Below are positions 1-11,664 of a DNA stretch of 20,644 nt, one piece after another. Position numbers and translations under genes: made by a program. The DNA is from Paraphysomonas bandaiensis (Eukaryota; Protista; Chrysophyceae): positions 1 to 20,644 of the forward strand of contig CBFFRP010000332.1 of the NCBI GenBank assembly GCA_965644295.1, read 5' to 3'. Every line of letters begins with the position of its first letter. Positions within the stretch are counted from its first letter, which is position 1. The notes under the pieces were generated by a model, which had not been told where the DNA came from, did not search any database, and saw only the letters and a program-made list of their open reading frames with translations.

Positions 1-191
1 TCATACAGGAGCAGCAAGCGTCTGCCTCTATCTGACAGCACGTCCTTAAGATACGGTGATTTGGAGCTATATAAAGAACCAAAAGATGTGGTTAAACTAA
101 TAACATGGTTTGAACATATGACAGATGGGCAACCATGTATCATGTCATCATCGTACTGCTTGGGTTGTACATATTAGCCAGAAAATGTATG

Positions 192-406
192 CTATATTAT
201 CGTGTTGAACGGTCCAACATATCGTGCCAAAAACGAATGAGGATACACCACATTAGAACACTGCATAACTGAGGTTAGAGTATATCCCTGCTGTACTAGT
301 ACAGACAAATTATACATATGAATTTATTCAAAGTCTAATTGAATTAGAAACGGCATCATGTCCATGAGTAGTAAATCATTGGTATCGAGGTTTCCATCAC
401 TCTTTT
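192..406. repeat. Copy 1 of a ~215-bp direct duplication (last ~26 codons plus 3' UTR of the ankyrin gene)
   Basis: 192-406 aligns to 654-869 (offset ~462): ctata(t/a)tatcgtgttgaacggtccaac...gaggtttccatcactctttt. By eye there are 5 substitutions and one 1-nt deletion (gtaaatc vs gtaaaatc). Confidence 0.95.
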
Positions 407-653
407 CTCTAGTTAAATGTATGCTTTTTTACGCGTCCTCTCATAGACCACGCATTAGTATCCGCTCTATTTACGAGGTTTTTTACAAATGAAATTGAGA
501 TTCGGATTAAATATCCTGTACATTCATATCAGTAGTTTATTTTGAGAGAGTGAGCTTAATTAACTTAGTTGTGACTAAAATATGACAAAAAATTAATTAA
601 TTGAAAGTAAACATGTAGCGCAAATACAACACTGGATGCTAGTTACACTCATA

Positions 654-869
654 CTATAATATCGTGTTGAACGGTCCAACATATCGAGCCAAAAACGAAT
701 GAGGATACACCACATTAGAACACTGCATAACTGAGGTTAGAGTATATCCCTGCTGTACTAGTACAGACAAATTATACATATGAATTTATTCAAAGTCTAA
801 TTGAATTAGAAACAGTATCATGTCCATGAGTAGTAAAATCATTAGTATCGAGGTTTCCATCACTCTTTT
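654..869. repeat. Copy 2 (source copy) of the ~215-bp duplication, overlapping the ankyrin gene stop codon and 3' UTR
   Basis: Same alignment. This copy is continuous with the open reading frame that ends at 790. Confidence 0.95.
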
Positions 870-2349
870 TTCTCCACGCAGGGAATTTCGGCCACAAGGT
901 TTTGATGCGCAATCTTTTTTCAGGTCTCTTTAACCCATTATTCGATTGCACACCCCTCTCAAATCCACAATTTTCACGTTGTTCTGCCGTTTCGACAGTT
1001 GTCATGCTAGTTGTTGACACGATTGTTTCGTCGTCGTTGAGTGATGGCGAGTCGTCAGCTGCTGAGTCACTGTCATCAATGGAAAGGTTTTCCCCAACTT
1101 CCAACATGAAGCTGCTATCTGTAGTACTCATCGTCTTTACAAAGCTTTTAGAAATACATTCAGCATTCTGAGAAATCGTTCTATCACTACGGCTGATGTC
1201 ATTTGCCCCCATCAGCAAAAGTGACAGGCGACGTGTGTATCGAAGATAGCGATTCACTGGAGAAACTGACACATCTTTCGGTCCAATAGAAGTTTCGACG
1301 GGAACACACGCCGTAAGGCTCGCACCATCCTTTCTACTGTCTTCATCGTCGGCAGGGCGGGTTGAAGGAGATGATGTATCAATAGACAAGTGTTGGGTTT
1401 GTTCAACAATGGGAGAGCAAATGTCCTCTGGTCTCTCCCATTCTAGACCGCACGCGGCAATACTTTCAGCAGTATCTTGCCGAGCTGAGGATACCGTTAT
1501 CGTAGTCGACGTAGGTGGTCGAGGAGAAAACGATAATGATACGTCCATTGATCTCGGAGAACAAGGCTCTGGAGAATTTTCATTGGCTCCAGGAGTATGA
1601 GTCAGAGATATCGTTTGAAGAGTGAGCGAATCGCAGTTCATGTGTACTATCTCATTATGGTTCTTTTCTCCAAGCTGCGAAGTACTCGTATCTGTAGTCG
1701 ATTTTAACAGCGCAACAGATCCCTCTTCCCTATCTGAGTCCACACATATACCATGGACCAGGTGGGTATCAAAGAATGATGCAGCAGTTATGCCGTAAAC
1801 GTCAGCTATGTGTGCATTGGTTGTGATTGGACGGAGAAACCGATACACAGTCACATGCTTGTTTCTACCTGCCCAATGCAATGCCGTACGACCCAGCTGT
1901 ATAAATATTAAGTATATTTTTCAAGATATGATATCAACGACAACGAACTTACATGGTCTAATTTGTTCGGTTCGAAGCCATGTTTGACAAGTATTTCGAC
2001 TGCACAAAAGTTACCCTTCATAGCTGCTATATGAAGTGGTGAAAGGCCATTCTACAAAAAGTTAGAGTTTTGATCATCTTTTTCAAAAACAAACCTTCCA
2101 GGAAATGTCAGAAATATCTATTGGTGCTTCACGGATTGCTGTTTCAAGAGCATCAGGTTCACCTGCCACTACAAGATCGAATACCGCCTTGATAGCATTC
2201 TTTTCTGCTTGTATCAGATCATTGAGTGTCATGTCACCACATCCATTCAACCCTGATCTTTGACGACCATCATATATCATAGTATTTTGTGGGGTTTTGT
2301 TAGTTGGGGATGGGGTCAGGACGCAACACGAAGACAGTTCAGAACCCAT
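790..2349 (-). CDS. Ankyrin-repeat protein (~486 aa) with a predicted N-myristoylation/palmitoylation N-terminus and a long Ser/Thr/Asp-rich disordered C-terminus; 3 exons
   Basis: Exons 2349-2095, 2051-1953 and 1896-790, joined by phase-0 GT-AG introns of 43 and 56 nt. The spliced product reads ...ISWK|NGLSPLHIAAMKGNFCAVEILVKHGFEPNKLDH|LGRTALHWAGRNKHVTVYRFL, matching the ankyrin G-x-T/S-P/A-L-H-x-A consensus twice. It starts MGSELSSCC. Confidence 0.88.
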
Positions 2350-3053
2350 GACAGTCAGAATTAAAAGTACTATTATAACTTTTTAGGGTTCATGCATTGT
2401 ATATTTATACAAACAACTGTAGAGTTGGTCAGTTGAGTCTGATAGACGACACTTTCGACTGTGACTGATCGACACTACAGAAACGACATATGCTGGGCCT
2501 AGCATCGTGAATAGATAGGCGGATATCTGCGATGAGATAGCAGCACCGTAGAGTAGAGGCTTTCTGCTGTGGACTTGTTTCATACCTCGGTAATGTGTTA
2601 TCACTAGAAGGGATTGAGTAGATTTATAATGCGCAAGATACTGCCTGGAACAAGTACTGCCTGCCTCCTGCTCCTGTGGGTGGGTGGTATACCTGGTATA
2701 CGCACCGTGTACGGTGTACTCTACTCGTGCTGTAGACAGCGCTATATTCTGATGTATACAGAGTACGTCGACTCCACACTACAACAAGATTTTGGTCAGC
2801 AGCAGCAGCACCATCTAGAATACGTTGCCTACCTGCTATATGGGCGGCTAGCCAATAAAAACCCTACACCAGACCCGGCTATGTGAAAGAAGGAACGAGT
2901 ATTCCTTCCACCATCATAAGTGCTGATCGTGCAGTACAATCAACCCGGCTATCTATATATTGAGTGACTTCCAGTCTAACTGCCTTCCAGCTGCATTCAT
3001 TCAACCAGATATTCATTCCAGTGGGTATCTTTTCTATCATATCGACTAGTAAG

Positions 3054-6000
3054 ATGCACCAAATGAAGCAATCAAAGAGATCTAGTAAGGGCTTGGAGAA
3101 GCCGAGTAGAGCAGATAACTGGAAGGAACTCCTCATGGATTTATTTTATATTGCATTTCTCATCAAATTGGGTGATGGGTTTCTCTATTGTGAACTAACT
3201 GTGGAACAATTTGTTTTCGCTGTGTCTCGATTTATGGGCATGTATATGGCGAAATTCGAAATGGATCAGTACTTAAACAAGTTTGCAAATAAAGATTTTG
3301 TACACACCGTTTTTATTCTTCTGTATGCCTTTGGGATATTTGTCATGATTTTGAACATCAATGACACCTCAGAGGTTTGTGTATGAGTTATTACGTAGTC
3401 GATAATATTTTTACGCCACATTCAGTGGAGCGGAGATGAGAAGGTTCCTACGAGCTGCCCTGCTTACCGTCCATACATATTTGGATACACTGTTGGGTGG
3501 CTAATGACGAGAGGGATCATAGTATTCATGTACACCTGTGTAGCTTACTTTGTGCGACCACAAGGAGTATACACAATCGTTACCAAGGCTCCGATTCTTT
3601 TGATGAGTAAGTTCTGGGATATATCGAAGAGGCGGCAGCAGTATAAATATTGCAATACATATATTTGTTTGCGCGTCATTTTATTCCATGGATAATATAG
3701 TGCCTTGCGTGTTATGGATTACTGATATTTCCTCTTCGTAACCTGTCCGACTCCTTAGCTTCTGTTGTTTTATGTAGGTATTATTATAATTTCCATCAAC
3801 TTTTATTGGCCGGAGAATTCGGCAGTGGATCGGAGTCACAATCACTCGTACTTTGTTCTTGCGGCTTCACTAGTCGAGTACATAGGGTGAGTGGCTATGC
3901 TTCATAGATCCTGAGATGAATAATGTTGATATACACTTTTCTAACGACGATGTGACTCCTGCAGATTTGCGCTGTGGCAAGTAGCGATAATCGGAACATA
4001 TATTCAGCAGCATGTTGGTGTCAAGTAAGTCGCGTGACCTTATTAGTACGAATTTTACTGCATATATCATTGTAATACCACAAGTTTGTGTAAGTGAGGT
4101 GCCTTCATAGCCCACATATCACTTTCGTATGAGCATATTTCATGGACTAGTAATAACACTAGTTGCACGAACACAGAGCTTTTATCCCAGTGAATATCAA
4201 CCATCAAGTGGGGCGCACTTCTACTTTTGTGCTCAGCACTTTCGGTGAGTTCTAATGTATATTAGTACTGTCTAATTGCTGTCGGTGTATATGTTTTCTT
4301 TGGTGTATTTTTGTGAGTTGTAGTGACATATAACAGGTGTGAGTTTCATTGAGATTATGACTCCAGTATTAGACCCGAGCACTACGTATTATGTATCTAT
4401 TTCTCTTGGGTTTGGGCTATTGATGCTGATGGCACTCGCGGTGTGTTTTATTAGTTTTTTACTGCTTGAATCCTAAGCGCTAATTTATGCGAATGCTTGA
4501 CATGAGTTCCAAAATTTACAACATTATGCGTGTTATATATGTATATAATCGTTCAATATTGTAGTACTTTGATGTAATACCTTCGAAGAACAGCACTCAT
4601 GCATTGGGGAAATCGAGATGTTCAGGTTTGTTTTGTATTGCATATGAATTTGGTGATATTAGAGAGTACATTAATGTGTTGTGAATTGTATGTGCAGTTT
4701 TCAATTTCTTGAAGTTCTTTTATTGCCAACTCTGCTGGACGTTGTGTATGTGTCTTCTGGTGTGCTGCTTCTAACATTTGTGCCTTCAGGAACGACGTGG
4801 ATTATGCTGAACCCGATTTATTCATTCTGTATATTTGGTACGTGTGCTTACCAGTCATTGGCGAGGCAGCGGAAACACCCATTGCTCGATATTTTGTTGA
4901 TTATGTTTCTGTTTACAGGGACAGGGGTTTCAATTAAACTCTTACTTAGCGATTACTCGAAGGTAAGTGATAGGCCCGTGAGTTCTGTCTATGTAATACT
5001 TTGCAGGTGTCACCCAGCTACCATAGATTTATGCTGGGGATATTTATTGGGCTTTCCGCGTTTTCTGTTGTCTGCATCCGCCTCACTCATAAAGGTGTTC
5101 CTCTCACTATGTTACCGAAAGTGATGTTGTTTGAATGGGTTATTTTGTAAACTTTCTCTTCGTACTTTGTTGCTGTTTTGTTGTGAACTATAAACCACAT
5201 AATAGTGTCTATTTCAGTACTGCTAAGTATGGGCGGAAAGATATCTATATTTCTACGTTGTTGTGTAGCTGTTTCCCACATGTAAGTTTTTTATTGATGT
5301 TGCTTTTGCGTACATTCATTTTATTGCTTCTCTCCCTGGACTATACTTCATTGCAGTGTTGTTGCTGTGGACTCGTTGTATCGTGAGCATCAAAGAAACA
5401 CTGTTGTGCTCGCTGTTCACCTCGCTCTCAGGTGAGTCATAGTGTAGTGTACAGTATGTGTTTGACTTGCGTCTTTGAAGTGCTGTGTTTGTATGTATCG
5501 ATTCATACAAGTATCGACAATTAGACATGTTTCACATGGCGGGAGCTTTGCAACAACTCAATAAGATGTCATCGAGAAATTTTTCATTTGGTTCGTCATT
5601 TGATGCAACGGATGCTCTTGAAGGTCCCACATATGTCCCAGCAGAGCGTAGTGCGAACTGGGCTAATGTATTGGAGGAAATCGGCAATCGTGGCACCACA
5701 ACCGTCAAAAGAGTTTCCAAAAAAGGTTTGGGCAGTCGCACGTTTGTCTCTTCGGATAATTTGGTTGCTGCGATGACTGATGATGAAACTAAGCCCATTG
5801 TTTTATCAAAGCAGTTTCATTCCACAAGTCGAATATTATCCAGAGGATCTCAAGATCAATTCGTTGTCGACAGTGCGATACATGGGGCTCGCACTTCGGG
5901 AGTGCGACGCATGCTGAATGCAGATGGTAAGTTAGTGAAAACGAGTAGTTTGGATACCAAGTATGCTGGCGGGGTGCCAGATAACGTCATCCTTGCCAAG

Positions 6001-6528
6001 CGTGGTCAATCTGCTGCCCAGCTGAAAGGTTATGGCCGCCTATCTAATCCTCCTCCAAGTATTCCATCTGAGCGTATAGAACTAAAAAAGCACCTGTCCG
6101 CGGCTCACATATCCACCCTGCTGTCCACCGGGAAAGGAGATGGCGATATCCCACGCAGAATCGTTGTCCGTCATCCTTCTAAAACGAAGGATATGCAGGC
6201 CGATTCTCCAGTGCTTGATTCTTCAGGTGGTGGAACGATTACAGTTCGACGTCGACAGTCACATTCTGGTGTTTCTGGGAGGACAGAACCTCACAGTGTA
6301 CTTCAGAAAGTTATTGTGCGACGGCGGAAATCTGAGTCGAAACCTGCGTCACCGGATCGCGTAGGTGCAGCAGCGGCAACTTCTGAAGAGACTGTTGAAA
6401 ACAATGAAATAGCTCATAACGCATTTACTATTCAAGAGGAAAGTGGTGAGGGAGCAATTCTGGAGAAGCCAGATGAAGAAAGTGGAAAAGATGAATTTAT
6501 ACAGCTGAAGCGTTCGACGAAAATGTAA
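3054..6528 (+). CDS. LtrA-like (low temperature requirement A family) multi-pass membrane protein, paralog 1 (~756 aa, 13 exons)
   Basis: Exons 3054-3374, 3426-3606, 3778-3886, 3965-4024, 4177-4244, 4337-4440, 4565-4625, 4790-4837, 4919-4962, 5007-5094, 5218-5281, 5357-5431, 5481-6528. All introns are GT-AG and the total is 2271 nt in one frame. LtrA-like motifs: WKELLMDLFYI, YLNKF..KDFVH, YFDV....THALGKSR. Exon chain cross-checked against the paralog at 8111-11664. The start codon is the least certain part. Confidence 0.8.
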
Positions 6529-8110
6529 TTTCGGTGTCCCAGATTTTATATGTACTGAGCCTTATCGGACTGCAAGTTCGTGATGTAACATCTTGCAGCT
6601 ATTAGATAAAGCTTGGTGGAATTTTGATGTAGGGTGCTGATGGATAACTGAGCAATTAAAAGATGTAGTGGTTTCATTTTTATTATATGTTAGTGTTACT
6701 GCTGTGGACAGTAGGTACCGCACCGTATCGCTGATTCAGTTCTTGGATTGTGGGTAATAATACATTTTTCATCCAGCTGAGTGAAATGATTAGTACTGCA
6801 ATAAGCTGTAACATTGTAAATATTCTTTAGTTCCTATTACCTATCGCTACATGGACTATTCTATTTGAACTATGGAATTATTAATTCCATTCATATCCAG
6901 TAAGCTTTCGCACTTTATTGGTACCGCAGACCAGGTTGTTGTTGTAACTTACGGCAGTGCAATAAAGTCCCTTGCGTATAACATACTTTCGGTCCAATGC
7001 AATGTGTACTATAATATTTAACCAGTATCAACTAAATACAAGTTCTGTCCATTGGAATATTGAAGAGTGCAAGCGATAATGTTTAACATAATCTGCTGCA
7101 AGTATAGTATAATATCGAAATTTTACAAGACGTTATATTGGGAAACTCGTTTCGCCAAATGACAACTTGTAGTAACAACGTTGCGGAACATCGTCTTATT
7201 TTCAGTATAGGACAGATGTAAAATACTTATAATGCCATTATATCTGATAGGCACACGATTAACACTGAATTGTCCTTCATTCTCTCATAGTGCAACAACT
7301 GCACTGCACCACTAGCGTCAGTATGCTCTTTTCATTTCTCCGATAAAGCTACATTCCAATCCGAATAAACGTGATAACCTGTCTTGAAAAAGATTCCGCA
7401 TGTGGCACATGTGTGGAGTTGAGCGGTGTGCCGAAGTCAACATGTCATTCCTGCAAACGAAAGAATCCGTACACAACTGTGTGTGTCAGGTGATGGTCGA
7501 TCACAAACATTGAATCATATTCATTTCATTTCTTCATGATGGACGAGAATACTAACTCCAAGGATGGATATATCATACAGTTCACTACGACGTACTCAGG
7601 AACTCGAGCTGGAAAAATCCAACATTTATATTTTCATACTCCAGAAGATCCTGAATTTTTAATTTCAGAATTCGAAATACTGACAGAATTATGAGAATTC
7701 CGAATACAGTATTGGGGAATTCTGAATTTGTAGAGTATACAAAAATTTGTTGAGTGGAATACACCATTAAATACATTGTATTTCAGTCGGAAGTGGCATA
7801 ACGGCAGACTCACAACTTTGATAGAGTACATACCGCATACCATACATGGCATACGGCGTACATACAGCAGTACTTTATCACTGCAGAGCCCATTCCAGAA
7901 CAAATACTGATTTTTGATCCAGCCTATACCATCATCCTACACAGTACACAGATAGTGTACAGCTCTATAGTAATCTATATATGCATGTTGTTTCATGTAA
8001 TTTAATAGTATCCACTTATTCGTGTATACTGTATATAGATAGTCTGAGAATTATTTTCACAACTGAAGTTAATCTCCCCCCTCTAGACTAATATCTCTAC
8101 TCGTAGAACA

Positions 8111-11100
8111 ATGGCAGATCATGCCGAGGAGAAGGTCGCCCCCACACTGGATGGGCATCATAAGAGAGAGAGAGTTAAGAAATATTTATTTAAACGCCCT
8201 CTACCATTGAACACATGGGAAAAGCAAGAGCATCGCTCTGAAAGTTGGATGGAATTGTTCATAGATTTATTCTATGTTGCTTTTTTTCTTAAACTGGGTG
8301 ATATCATGCACACCTGTGGAACCAGCGCTGATATTATCACATACGTGGCAAGTGTATTTCTGGGTGTCTATATGGCGAAGTTTGACTTCGATCAGTACAT
8401 GAATAAATTTGTGAGCGAAGATTTAGTTCATAGAGCCTTCTTTTGTGTGTATTCTGTGGGTCTTGTTGTGATGATCTTAGATGTCAACGAGTCTTCGGCG
8501 GTGAGAGTTGTCTATGTGGAATTATCGTATGAAATAAAAGTGTAACATTTTTGGTCAATAATATGTATATGTATAATTGTGGTGTCACTATGATATATTG
8601 CCGTATGATAGTCTGAAATCTGTTCGTTGTACAGTATGGAGACAATGATGAAAGTGGCAGCTATCATGACGATGCTCCATATGATGACGATCACCGCCGT
8701 CTCGCTGGCGGGCCCGTTGGTGATCTGCCCCTCCATTGTCCAGAGGTCTACTCCTATCTGGCAGGGTTCACTGTAGGATGGCTAATCACACGGATGTCCA
8801 TCCTTGTAATGTACTGCATTATATACATATACGTGAAACCACAGGGACCCTATGTATTTGCATCCAAGGCCCCAATTCTGTTAACAAGTAAGTGATGCGG
8901 TGTTTTGGAACGCTAGCAATTACAGCTGCTGGAATTTCAATGGTAGTTGTATTACGCTATAGTATTACAAAGCAAATGCTGCTGCCATAGCGTCATGTAA
9001 TTGTTTGATATTGTCAGGCATGGCCATCATGTGCAGTAACTACTTCGTTCCAACGAGTGATTTATACACTCATACATACATAATCATGGCAGCTTCATTA
9101 GTTGAGTTTTTAGGGTGAGTGTTTTTTTGCACTATATCATGTCAAGAATATTCTGTAAGTCCCAAACGATAGCTATCTTACTGTGCAAAACTGATACTTC
9201 AGTTACTGTGATCTATGCGATAATTCGTTTTATTAGATGGGCGGTATGGGAAGTCTTGGTGTTTGGTTCATGGATCATTAAGAACGTTGGACGCAGGTAT
9301 GTACCGTGAGTTCGTAAACGGAAGTTTGGGTTGTAATCATAAATTATTACTCGGCAGTGCACTGATTCCAACTAATGTTCATCATCATGCATCAAGAACT
9401 GGTACCTTTGTCATGCTTGTGCTCGGTACGACATAGTGTTCCATATCATGATCTGCGTCTCAAGTGGATCTATGTTTTACAGGCGAGGCTGTCATTGCGA
9501 TCCTGACCCCAACACTACTTAACTCTGGTCGAATTTATGCATTTACCCTTCTTGGCTCGCTTCTTATTTTTTTTCTGGCTGTGCTGGTATGGTTGTTATT
9601 ATTTTCGTTATGGGTGTACTCTTGCATATATTTTTATGTGACTACTAATTTGGTTTTTAGTACTTCGACGTCCAACCACAGCAACATGCAGCTCATGCCT
9701 TGGGAATATCTCGAAGCAAGGGAATGTTATGGATATGTCTCCATCCATTTTTATCATATACGTTATTTGGTAGGTTTGCCAAGATTGACCTATATATGAA
9801 ATGCGCGACATTTGTTTTCCACTTGATGTTATGTATATTATACACTTCTTAAAATATGCTGCTGTATGCATGCATGCGCGAATTTACTGTTTTATTGCAG
9901 GCGTCGGTGTCTCGATTAAGCTTATATATGAAGATTTACGCTTGGTTTGAATTATATATGCGTTATTATTTCGAATTAACATTTAAATTCAGCATGAACA
10001 TGACGACCAAAACCAAGTTATGCTCAGTATATTTTTGGGATTGTCTATTTTCCTAATGACTCTTATTAGAGGCTCTCATAAGAGTAAGCGACAAGTTATG
10101 AGCTTCTGAATTACTAGTGCTGACATATTATTATTATTGACAGCTCATTTCACAGACGGCGGCATATTTACTCTGTGTCTTCGATGTACAATTGCTTCTT
10201 TACATATGTACGTGATCGCTTTGGTTGTGTATTTGATGGTGTATTGTAAAGTGGTAATATTTCTTTGGGTTGTGTACAGAATCTTTGGAGTGGCATTTTC
10301 GGGAAGTGTGAGATTTTACAATGATGAGACTACCTTGTCAATCCATCTCTTTCTAGTGTAAGTATTTATGTGATATGCTATGGGCCTTTTACTGTGATCT
10401 TGGAATGTGTGTTTTGTAGTGTGTAATGATAGCTGCACATGGTAGGTTCATCACCCTGATTGTTGATACACTTAAGTATCGTCACCTGGAGACACGCCCT
10501 GCAACCACCCCCAGAATGTCCGTTCCTGCCATTCGTTCTTCGCTTCCCACTCGAAAGCCTACGTCTACTGCCTCCACTAACAACCTCTACGGGTCTAGAC
10601 GCTCTCTACAGGGATCTGTCCAGGGTGCTGCAGAGATAGTTGATAGGGTCCCCTTACGTAGAGCATCGAGCGGTACGGACTCTCCAACTACTATGGCAAT
10701 GAAAACGATAATTGACAGCAAACCTGGGGCAAAAATACGCCAAATTCGTCGCCGTAATTCATTAAACGAACTGGACGTCATAAGGTCCGCTGAGGATATG
10801 GAGTCTAAGGACGGCACGAAGTCACCTTTCGGGTTAAATCGTAGTCCAGTAGCCCCCCGTCCAATGTCTAGTCAGAGGGGTGTGGGTTATCACAGTCGTA
10901 GCAAATCTGATCGTGTTATTTCGTCCGCAAGGAAGGGGAGCGGTCGTCGTCCAGGTGGTCATGGACTCGATCGATCCCCTCATTCCCAATCGCCTTCGCA
11001 GCGTTGGCCGATGTGGAGTCGTTTATTGCCATCTATAAGCTCCAATTCGATTGATGCAGACGATCTGGGTACACCGCCTAGCGAAGGGCCGAAGAAACGG

Positions 11101-11664
11101 CGATCCACAAGCACAGGTGATACGGCCTTGTATGAAAATAAGAGTATCAGCATGAGTGAACTCTCTGCCGACAAGAATACGTTAGATAAGAAGCTATCCC
11201 CTCCGTTACAAAATTCGGACACACCTACTCCAGAGGAAGCACAGGAAAAAGAAATGGATGAACCTGGTTTAAGTATGAGTGAGTTAAGTATTTCCCGTCC
11301 ACCGGAAGGTGTGCAGGCTGTGATGTTAGGGGATGATGAACGTACAGAGAGACAGTCAGAGCATATGGTACCGGTTCCAGAAGATGAGGTTTTGAATGGC
11401 GATGAAATCATTCAGGAGGGTGCATATCAAAGTTTGCCTCCTGAAGAGTTTGAAGATGCCTTAATGTATGAAATTGACGAAAATAACCAGTTGGTGGAAG
11501 TTCAACACACAGGAACTGATGAAGACGACTACTATTACGATGAGCAATACATTGAGGTGGTGTATGAGGACGAAGGGGATGATGACTACAGTGAGGATGA
11601 AGAGGTTGAAATTGTCATCGAAGAAGAGCCTGAGGAAATCGCTTCCCATATCACATGGCTCTAG
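8111..11664 (+). CDS. LtrA-like multi-pass membrane protein, paralog 2 (~858 aa, 12 exons), with a highly acidic C-terminus
   Basis: Exons 8111-8500, 8635-8887, 9018-9114, 9237-9296 (alternative in-phase donor after 9305), 9358-9425, 9483-9586, 9661-9769, 9901-9944, 9993-10083, 10144-10207, 10280-10357, 10446-11664; total 2577 nt in frame. Motifs: SWMELFIDLFYVA, YMNKFVSEDLVHR, HHASRTGTFVMLVLGEAV, YFDVQP...HALGISR...WICLHP, which resemble LtrA W-x-ELF-x-DL, (E)R-x-G-x-F-xxxx-LGE and YF...H motifs. Confidence 0.85.

Noticed and set aside
2614-2886. 90-aa ORF with a short CAG run in the divergent spacer
   Set aside because: It starts at a non-ATG codon, has no motifs, and lies in a probable promoter region.
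4681-5386. Hydrophobic ORFs 4681..5124 and 5135..5386 as separate membrane proteins
   Set aside because: They are mixtures of paralog 1 exons and T-rich introns. The same applies to 9464..9799 and 10137..10361 in paralog 2.
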